The position numbers and the translations under genes are program-made. Of a stretch of DNA of 45,919 nt, positions 21,785-28,799 are shown piece after piece. Position 1 is the first letter of the stretch; the number at the start of each line of letters is the position of its first letter. The notes under the pieces were generated by a model. That model did not search any database and was not told the origin of the DNA. It was given only the letters and a program-made list of their open reading frames with translations. Location: the NCBI GenBank assembly GCA_964521815.1, contig CAZFSN010000001.1, forward strand, positions 6,721 to 52,639, written 5' to 3'. The stretch comes from an uncultured Ignavibacteria bacterium (lineage in GTDB: Bacteria; Zixibacteria; MSB-5A5; UBA10806; 4484-95).

Positions 21785-22008
21785 TAACCGGCTTCCTCGA
21801 CATTTCCAAGATACTCATGACCTACTTTTTTGCACCAGAGAGGAATGTCATCGTTTGTCCCTTCGTCTGATGAAAGCACTTCCATAATAGCATTCACGGG
21901 AACCGCTGCTATACCTCTTTTTGCTTCAAGCAAAGGGCCGGGACAAGCGGTGCCACGAGCATCAACGGTTTTGTTAACTGTCAAAGTTTTTAATTCTTCT
22001 TTTTCCAT
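21754..22008 (-). CDS. TusA-family sulfur carrier protein
   Basis: 84 aa with the CPxP motif in DARGTACPGPLLEAKRGI. It is the first gene of the Hdr-type operon. Confidence 0.85.
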   Translation of the reverse strand: MEKEELKTLTVNKTVDARGTACPGPLLEAKRGIAAVPVNAIMEVLSSDEGTNDDIPLWCKKVGHEYLGNVEEAGYWRIFVRRMK

Positions 22009-22109
22009 TTTTTAACCTCGCATATGTTATTTATAGATAAAATAAACAATTGACCTTTTATTCTTCTCTTTATGGTTCGCTCACACCAAGTGCGCGCTAC
22101 TTTTTAAGC

Positions 22110-22679
22110 CTAAATATTCACTGCTGTTTCAAAACCCTCTCTTACTGCGTCATAAATTTGCCGAGGCCGCCCGGCATCGCCAATTGTTTTCATTTCGATT
22201 AGCTGTTTTGTCATAGCCTCCGGTGTCGCACCGGTTGATAGGCAAGCAACTTCGGATGGAACCACCGGCTTTTGGCCTATTACTTTCGGATTGGCCGCCC
22301 GGCCGGCATGGTTAATATGAGCTATTGCTAAGATGCCGCCACTGTGAATTGCCTTTACTAAACCCTTAAGTTCATTAACATGGTCATAATTGGAAATACC
22401 GAGCTGTTTGGGATGATCCTTTCCCAAAGCGTCTATGAATAAAGGTTCTACGATTATTGCACCAACTCTCCCTTCTGCCCACCGATGGTAGTATGCCTCA
22501 TGCCGGAACGTAACCCCACTTGTGAGGCTGCCATATCCTGTTTTTACGGGTGCCATTAGTAATCTGTTAGGCAATTCAAGCGAACCAAGCCTGAAAGGCG
22601 CGAATGGATCCACAGTCATCTCCTGAGTTTTTATCTTTATCTCTTTGCAAACCGGCTTTTTTCTATTCTTTGAGTACAC
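22110..22679 (-). pseudogene. Remnant of an Old-Yellow-Enzyme/2,4-dienoyl-CoA-reductase-type flavoprotein (N-terminal ~140 aa joined to a ~25-aa C-terminal end)
   Basis: From Met21 (22619) the sequence reads MTVDPFAPFRLGSLELPNRLLMAPV...HINHAGRAANP..PSEV, which is typical of an OYE N-terminus. It then jumps to KTIGDAGRPRQIYDAVREGFETAVNI, which looks like the end of an FAD/NAD domain. Total length is 169-189 aa, against more than 330 aa expected. Confidence 0.55.
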
Positions 22680-22989
22680 ACCAGACTATGAAAATGGTAG
22701 CCCCTGTTTTCGTAGTGAATGGTCCATGACCGATTTCCTTGGGAATAATGCGAAATGTTCCACTTGAGTAAGTTTCGCCCTGGCTTTCGTATTCTCCCTC
22801 CAGAACATAATGTAACTCCGTATGAGTGTGAGAATGACTGTCCATACTCCATCCAGGGGGAATCTTCAATAGAATGCTCCGGGGGGCCATGTCACTACCG
22901 ATACTGAGCACCTTTTCCTTTGCTCCAGTAGCATAGATCAATGAATCTTGCCATTCCACGTTATTGGCATTGATATTCACACTATTCAT
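22663..22989 (-). CDS. Cupin-domain protein (ChrR-like cupin)
   Basis: 108 aa. Motifs: PPGWSMDSHSHTHTELHYVLEGEY.....G.F..IPKEIGHGP. Confidence 0.7.
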   Translation of the reverse strand: MNSVNINANNVEWQDSLIYATGAKEKVLSIGSDMAPRSILLKIPPGWSMDSHSHTHTELHYVLEGEYESQGETYSSGTFRIIPKEIGHGPFTTKTGATIFIVWCVLKE

Positions 22990-22995
22990 TTTTTG

Positions 22996-23457
22996 TCACC
23001 TGCCAACCTTATTGATAAATCTTATTTCGCTATGGGCCCTGTTAATATACCTGAAAGTTTTTTCAGCGCCCGCATCCGATGATAATATTACAACACCGGC
23101 TCTCACCCGATCATTTCTGACATCTTTATGATACGACAAGGGTTCGTCTGTAATTACAGCTGTTGGCAGATCCATTTCCTGTTTGGTTAAATGTATCAGC
23201 CGGCCCAAGTCCTCGCATAATGCAGGTTCCCCATCTCCCACGAAGGTGGTGTAATCCGGTTTATAATTTTGAGATCTTTCTTGGATTTCAGAAAATATTT
23301 CCTGTTTTGGACAAAAGCTGTTTATGGCAACCCGCAGGTATTTTGTTCGGCCTAACTGACAATATACCCAGGAGTATGAGCAGGTTTTTAGTGGGATCGG
23401 GCTAACCCCCATGGAGCGTCCTAATCTTCGCGATGGAACCGGTCCATAAGTAAACAT
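22996..23457 (-). pseudogene. Truncated radical-SAM family gene (YGPVPSRRLG-type) with a Cys-to-Trp change in the CxxxCxxC motif
   Basis: 153 aa. It starts MFTYGPVPSRRLGRSMGV. The cluster motif reads CSYSWVYCQLG, with TGG at 23368-23370 where the paralogue at 35.3 kb keeps Cys. It ends shortly after INRAH, so the C-terminal half of the barrel is missing. Confidence 0.55.
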
Positions 23458-23462
23458 TGCTT

Positions 23463-23882
23463 CTACTCCGATTTCTCAATCCGGTAATCATGAATTATTT
23501 CTACAGCATCCTTAAACATGGCCGTTCCGCCACAGTATTTTTCTTCAGCAAGTTCTATCGAGCGTTCTATGTCTGAGGGTTGAATATTTTTTCCGGAAAA
23601 AATATAGTTTAGCTTTATCCTGGTAAATACCCGCGGGTGATCTTCGGCTCGTTCGGCCTCAACCTCCATGTTAAAGTCAGTCAATTCAACTCTTTTTTTT
23701 CGCAATATTGAAAGCACGTCCATAGCGGCGCAACCGGCCGCCCCCATCAAGATAAACTCCATAGGACGGGGACCGGCAGAATGCCCCCCGAATTTTTCGG
23801 GACCATCCATTGTCACCCAATGGTTTGAATCGCTAACGCCTGCCAGGGCAATACCGTCGATTAATTTAATTTTTGCATTCAT
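23463..23882 (-). CDS. OsmC/Ohr-family peroxiredoxin-like protein
   Basis: 139 aa. The layout is OsmC-like (GPRPMEFILMGAAGCAAMDV...EKYCGG). Confidence 0.85.
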   Translation of the reverse strand: MNAKIKLIDGIALAGVSDSNHWVTMDGPEKFGGHSAGPRPMEFILMGAAGCAAMDVLSILRKKRVELTDFNMEVEAERAEDHPRVFTRIKLNYIFSGKNIQPSDIERSIELAEEKYCGGTAMFKDAVEIIHDYRIEKSE

Positions 23883-24030
23883 TTTTCTAAATATACTCAG
23901 GTTGATTAGGGTGAATAATCACCGTCATCTGCATAAGATTTTTTAATCTCAGCGATTTTATCAACCTTTTTTTATGACCTCAGTTAATAGCCGCCTGTAA
24001 TCGAAAAAGGCGGCTATTACGGCAACCATG

Positions 24031-24231
24031 CTAATCGTTCCGAGTAAATGGCAAATCCCGGCAGCGCCAACAACCCTGCTTTTCGAAATCCCCGCTCAAA
24101 TCAATGCCTTTATCGCAGAGCCATAAGCATCCGTTTTTGTCAAGGTGCACTTCCATTGGCCTCGCTCCCGGGTGAAAAATTCCGTTACCCATAACATTCA
24201 GCTTTTTGTCTTTAACTGCCACGGTCAACAC
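24031..24231 (-). CDS. Small Cys4 protein of unknown function
   Basis: 66 aa. It has C-x3-C (CLWLC) and C-x2-C (CWRC). It lies 58 nt downstream of the DUF2173-like ORF on the same strand. Confidence 0.5.
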   Translation of the reverse strand: MLTVAVKDKKLNVMGNGIFHPGARPMEVHLDKNGCLWLCDKGIDLSGDFEKQGCWRCRDLPFTRND

Positions 24232-24289
24232 CTCCTTTATTTTCTATTATTAGATTTTTCCATTGGTGAAAGTTCATTACCGGGATATT

Positions 24290-24652
24290 TTAATAATTCA
24301 TCTGACGGGCGCCGGTCGGCTCTGTCCCGAGAAGGTCAACTATCAGCTCATTCAAATCCGCATGTTTTGATTCAATAAAAACCCCGGTATTGCCCATTAC
24401 GACCACAACATACTTGCCGGCCCATACGGCCCAGCCAATAAGCGGCTGCCATTCCATCGTAGCTTTAATTTCGAAAAATTTGGTCAGTTCGTTCAGTTTC
24501 TGATTCTGATAGGCACAAATTTTGGCGGTTTCTTCTATTATTTCATCAGCGATTACGCCGACTTTGCGGATGACTTTGCCGGTATCGGAAAACTGTCCTG
24601 CCGCCACAACCCCCTTGATTTTTATTAACCTGTCGAGCCCTATCATAATCAT
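24290..24652 (-). CDS. DUF2173-like / roadblock-LC7-like small protein
   Basis: 120 aa. LIKIKGVVAAGQFSDTGK..., recalled as resembling DUF2173. It has a strong RBS (AAGGAGGA) and a -24/-12 promoter upstream. Confidence 0.5.
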   Translation of the reverse strand: MIMIGLDRLIKIKGVVAAGQFSDTGKVIRKVGVIADEIIEETAKICAYQNQKLNELTKFFEIKATMEWQPLIGWAVWAGKYVVVVMGNTGVFIESKHADLNELIVDLLGTEPTGARQMNY

Positions 24653-24688
24653 CCTCCTTTTATTCTTCCCATATCCATGTTTATGAAC

Positions 24689-24704
24689 AGCATAATTTGT
24701 GCCA
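24689..24704 (-). promoter_or_regulatory. Candidate sigma-54 (-24/-12) promoter for the DUF2173-like operon
   Basis: The minus strand reads TGGCAC-AAATT-ATGCT with correct GG-N10-GC spacing. It lies about 37 nt upstream of the ATG at 24652. Confidence 0.55.
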
Positions 24705-24874
24705 GATTATAGCGTAGCTGAATAAAAGCGCTAATCAATTGATATAGATTTAGTTATGGCAGTTAAATAGTGAGGCGGCTTATATTAATTATGAAGGTTA
24801 AAAATATATAATGCAATCTTGCACGATATTAAATCTTGAGCGTGCAATAACGCAATGAGATTCAAATGCAGAAA

Positions 24875-26260
24875 TCAGGAATGCGAAGGGATTGCCAAGC
24901 CCAGTTTTTTGATTTTTCGGTAAAGGGTTGACGCATTTATGCCCAGCTCCCGGGCTGTCTTTTTACGGCTCCAGTTGTTTTTTTTCAAAGCTGCTATAAT
25001 AAACAAAGATTCCATTTCATTCATCGTACTGGCAATTTCAACTGCCGGTATCACTCGCTTCTCCTGAAGATATTCAGGTAAATGTTCAGCTTTGATTACT
25101 CCACCGGGAGAAAGAATAAAGGCATGCTCTATTATATTTTCCAGCTCACGGATATTGCCGGGGAAGTTATGCTTCATTAACAAGGCTAAAGCTGGCTGCG
25201 CCATACCGGATATGTTCTTATTGCGCAATTTATTGAATTGATCTATAAAATGATCAATCAACAAAGGAATATCACCCTTTCTATCTCGTAGAGGCGGCAA
25301 CACTATTTTAACTACATTGATACGGTAGTATAAATCCTGCCTGAACGTTCCGCGGGATACGAGTTCTTCGAGCTGCTTATTTGTTGTAGTAATTATCCTT
25401 ACATCCGACTTTTCGGATTGAGTACTACCTAAGGGTTCATAATTTTTCTCCTGGAGGACTCGAAGCAGCTTCACCTGCATAGCCGGCGAAATATCCGCGA
25501 TTTCATCCAGCAGCAAGGCGCCTTTATCGGCAATTGCGAATCGTCCCTTTTTATCCTTCTTGGCGTCGGTGAAAGCGCCAGCCTTATAACCAAATAGCTC
25601 CGATTCAAGAAGAGTATCAGGAAGAGCACCGCAATTTATGCTTACAAAAGGTTCGGCTTTGCGGGGGCTTAGATTATGCAAGGCCTGAGCTACTAATTCT
25701 TTCCCTGTCCCGCTTTCACCTTCTATCAGCACCGAGCTTTCACTTTGGGCGATTGTAGGCAGAATTTTGAAAAGTTCAAGCATTTTATGATCCTGGCTGA
25801 TTATATTTTCAAATGAAAATATTACCGTGAATTCCTTACGCAGTTTTTCAACCATGTTGAGATCACGGAACGTTTCAACACCGCCTGTTATATTTCCCTT
25901 ATTATCTTTTAGAAGGGCCGTGGAAACACTAATAGGGATCCGCTGCCCTCTCTTATTTGTCATGCATACCAACTTGTTTATTACGGGTTTTCGGGAAGAC
26001 ATCGTCCGTTGCAGCGCGCACCCTTTATCGCAAATATTAGTCTGCAATATATCGGCGCATTTTTTCCCCAGAGCTGCGCTTTTGCTATATCCAGTAATTC
26101 TCTCCGCCGCCTTATTCAAAAAAGTAATCTTGTAATCCAGATCCACAGTAAAAACACCATCCGATATGCTATCTATCATTGTCAGTAATTTTTCACACGT
26201 AAGTTCATCTTTAAGAACAAGATCGGGATTTGATGTCTTATGTTTATTTTTGACAGCCAT
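24875..26260 (-). CDS. Sigma-54-dependent transcriptional activator (PAS - AAA+ - Fis HTH)
   Basis: 461 aa. It has a PAS domain (SISDGVFTVD), Walker A GESGTGKE, GAFTDA loop, and a C-terminal HTH (ARELGINASTLYRKIKKLG). There is no receiver domain. Confidence 0.9.
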   Translation of the reverse strand: MAVKNKHKTSNPDLVLKDELTCEKLLTMIDSISDGVFTVDLDYKITFLNKAAERITGYSKSAALGKKCADILQTNICDKGCALQRTMSSRKPVINKLVCMTNKRGQRIPISVSTALLKDNKGNITGGVETFRDLNMVEKLRKEFTVIFSFENIISQDHKMLELFKILPTIAQSESSVLIEGESGTGKELVAQALHNLSPRKAEPFVSINCGALPDTLLESELFGYKAGAFTDAKKDKKGRFAIADKGALLLDEIADISPAMQVKLLRVLQEKNYEPLGSTQSEKSDVRIITTTNKQLEELVSRGTFRQDLYYRINVVKIVLPPLRDRKGDIPLLIDHFIDQFNKLRNKNISGMAQPALALLMKHNFPGNIRELENIIEHAFILSPGGVIKAEHLPEYLQEKRVIPAVEIASTMNEMESLFIIAALKKNNWSRKKTARELGINASTLYRKIKKLGLAIPSHS

Positions 26261-26790
26261 TATATCTGTACCCTCTTACATTTTTAAAGTAATCCACCAA
26301 AATATATTTGGCAAGACAAAACATCCTGCTATTCCGTCAAATTACATGAATTTGCTGAGTTTTTTCGGTATTTCGGCGAAATAATTACAGGAAATTTCGA
26401 GTTAGCCTCGTTTTATTTATGACAGACACATTCTCGCAATCCGGCCAACCATCCAACGCCTCAACCGGAAAACCGTCAGATGTCGGTCAGGCCGGTTTCC
26501 AATCGATCTAGGCTTACTTCAAACCGGGCGGAGCTGCCGGGAGCGGAAGGCGAATCTTAAAACATCAGATGAAGACCCAAGCCGGCGGTCCTTTTCATGA
26601 AGTCGGCGGCAAGCATGATTTCCATATCCTTTTAAAAGTCATCTTTGCCGAGATCGAATAAGTCGGCGCTTGTCTTGCAAGCCGAAAACTTTGCCTAATA
26701 ATTCGAGATAATATCACATATTTTCAATGAGCGATGTTCTATTTTTCCGAGGAATGTCCTCTGCTTGCTTTGGCAAATTATATTTGATAA

Positions 26791-28098
26791 TCAAGCTATG
26801 CCTAACGTTTTCATCTTGCGCCAGAGCGTGGAGCGATGCATTTCCAATTCGGCAGCGGATTTTGCTTTATTGCCTTTATTGCGTTTTAAAACTTCGAGAA
26901 TAACGCTTTTTTCGCTTTTATGGTTTGTATCGGGTTTAAGGCCGGCAATTTGATAATTGGTTATATGCGGCGGTAGATGTTCTAATTCTATCTCCTGACC
27001 ATGGCACATGACAAAAGCGTGTTCTATGGCATTCTCCAGCTCGCGAACATTGCCTGGCAGGGGATGATTGCGCAGCGTCGCAAGAGCTTCGGAAGATATA
27101 CGCTTAACCTGTTTTTTGCTTTTTTTCCTGAATAGCTTGATAAAATGATTTACCAGTAAAGGTATATCCTCGGGCCGGTCGCTCAGTTGGGGGATATTGA
27201 TATTAACTACATTGATACGGTAATACAAATCGCGCCGGAATTTCCCTGCCTCGATGAGATCATTCAGTTTTGCGTTTGTGGCGGCTATAATTCGCGCATC
27301 AGTGTGAAGCGTTTTGGCTGAGCCCAGGGGTCGGTATTCGCCGTTGTTTAATACGCGGAGGAGTTTCACCTGAAGAGAATTATCCATCTCACCTATCTCA
27401 TCCAAGAGAAGCGTACCTCCGCTGGCGAGACTGAACTGGCCGGGTTTATCACGCTTGGCATCTGTGAAAGCACCCTTCTCATAACCAAACAGTTCCGATT
27501 CGAGCAGATTCGCCGGCAATGCCGCGCAGTTAATCTTGATATACGGACCATACCGCCGAGGGCTTAAATTATGAATCACCTGCGCGAACAGTTCCTTACC
27601 CGAGCCGCTTGGCCCCTCGATTAACACATTGCACTCCGATTCGGCGACATCAGGAAGCAGCCTTATTAAGCCGTGCATCTGGGAATTGACACTGACTATA
27701 TCATCAAGGGCTTGTTTTTGTTCGAGGCTTTTCCGCAGATGCTCTATCTCGGATATATCCTGGAAAAATTCAACGGCGCCGACAATGTTATCGTTCTCGT
27801 CTTTTAGCATCGTGGTTGTTACCCTTATCGGTAACTCGCGGCCGTCCCTGGTAATAATGGTTACCCGGGCATCATCCACCGAGGAATGAGTTTTAAGCGT
27901 ATCTTTCAGTGCGCATTGAGTGTGACAAACCTCGGTTCTGAATATATCAAAACAATGCTTGCCAATCGCTTCTGTTCTTTTAAAACGAGTGATTCTTTCG
28001 GCTGATTTATTGAATGAGGTAATTACACAATTGCGATCAACCGTGAAAACGCCATCGCGTATGCTATTGAATATTAACTGACTTAATTTTTTTTCCAT
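26791..28098 (-). CDS. Sigma-54-dependent transcriptional activator (PAS - AAA+ - Fis HTH), paralogue of 24875..26260
   Basis: 435 aa. It has a PAS domain (SIRDGVFTVD), Walker A GPSGSGKE, GAFTDA loop, and an HTH (AAELEMHRSTLWRKMKTLG). Confidence 0.9.
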   Translation of the reverse strand: MEKKLSQLIFNSIRDGVFTVDRNCVITSFNKSAERITRFKRTEAIGKHCFDIFRTEVCHTQCALKDTLKTHSSVDDARVTIITRDGRELPIRVTTTMLKDENDNIVGAVEFFQDISEIEHLRKSLEQKQALDDIVSVNSQMHGLIRLLPDVAESECNVLIEGPSGSGKELFAQVIHNLSPRRYGPYIKINCAALPANLLESELFGYEKGAFTDAKRDKPGQFSLASGGTLLLDEIGEMDNSLQVKLLRVLNNGEYRPLGSAKTLHTDARIIAATNAKLNDLIEAGKFRRDLYYRINVVNINIPQLSDRPEDIPLLVNHFIKLFRKKSKKQVKRISSEALATLRNHPLPGNVRELENAIEHAFVMCHGQEIELEHLPPHITNYQIAGLKPDTNHKSEKSVILEVLKRNKGNKAKSAAELEMHRSTLWRKMKTLGIA

Positions 28099-28217
28099 AT
28101 CTGATAAGCCTCGCTATGATAGATATATGAAAATAAACATATCAAATGCAAGTATATTCCGATAATTGATAATAAGTTGCTGTTATCGATATGTATCATC
28201 GCTTTTCATTAAAAGAA

Positions 28218-28754
28218 TCAAGCGGAGATACGTTCGATAATATCCCAGCTATCATTTTCCAGCCCCAGCTTATTTATTAGAAGGGCCGCTTGTTTGTTTA
28301 GATGAAATTGAACGGGCTTATCCGGACCAACGAGTACAACCGGGCACACGAACGCTTCAGCGAATTCCTCTATCGGCCGCCCGCCGAATTTAGCATTACC
28401 GCCGACATATCCCAGCACCAATATCTGGAATTCTCTGATAAGCAAGCATTTGTGAAGCTCAACCCATTCCGCATCCTCGCAAAGACGGAAGCCGACATCG
28501 AGATAATCCCCGGCGCGTTTATCATAGTACATGCGCAACTCTTTTTCACGTTCTATAGCAAGTTTCGCTTTGGCTTCTCGATCAAGCCTATCGGCCAAGT
28601 CATCATCGATATTATAAGGATCAGCAAGAAAATGAAATACGTTAAGTTGAATCAAATGCTGCCTGGAAAGTTTCAAGGCATAATCGAATGCCCAATCACC
28701 TTGTTGTGAATAGTGAGCGCAAAAGCCCACGGCATTTAAAGTTGGAATGGCCAT
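28218..28754 (-). CDS. Universal-stress-protein (UspA)-like protein
   Basis: 178 aa. The ends are USP-like (VGFCAHYS..ALKLS...LNVFHF; ILVLGYVGG...PIEEFAE...CPVVLVGP). It lies 45 nt downstream of the NifX-DUF1847 ORF. Confidence 0.55.
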   Translation of the reverse strand: MAIPTLNAVGFCAHYSQQGDWAFDYALKLSRQHLIQLNVFHFLADPYNIDDDLADRLDREAKAKLAIEREKELRMYYDKRAGDYLDVGFRLCEDAEWVELHKCLLIREFQILVLGYVGGNAKFGGRPIEEFAEAFVCPVVLVGPDKPVQFHLNKQAALLINKLGLENDSWDIIERISA

Positions 28755-28799
28755 AGTTATCTCCTCGCTGCTGATTTAATAATTAATATCTTCATTTCT

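Noticed and set aside
14730-22008. Calling the Hdr-type cluster a canonical sHdr, Qmo or methanogen-type Hdr/Mvh system.
   Set aside because: - It has no second hdrCB pair and no LbpA, so it is not sHdr.
- It has no QmoC and no apr/sat, so it is not Qmo.
- It has no MvhAG hydrogenase.
- I therefore left it as an unclassified Hdr-type operon rather than forcing a name.
23986-24019. An 11-bp inverted repeat, TAATAGCCGCC-N-GGCGGCTATTA, just downstream of the 66-aa ORF, considered as a possible terminator.
   Set aside because: Neither strand has a T-tract after the stem. It may still be a stabilising hairpin, but I cannot support a terminator call.
26385-26790. An ORF-free spacer between the two activator genes with coding-like GC. 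One minus-strand frame reads ..DFMKRTAGLGLHLMF*, which is reminiscent of an outer-membrane beta-barrel C-terminus.
   Set aside because: The fragment is about 25 aa, is interrupted by stops on both sides, and has no room for the rest of a gene. This is too weak to call a pseudogene.
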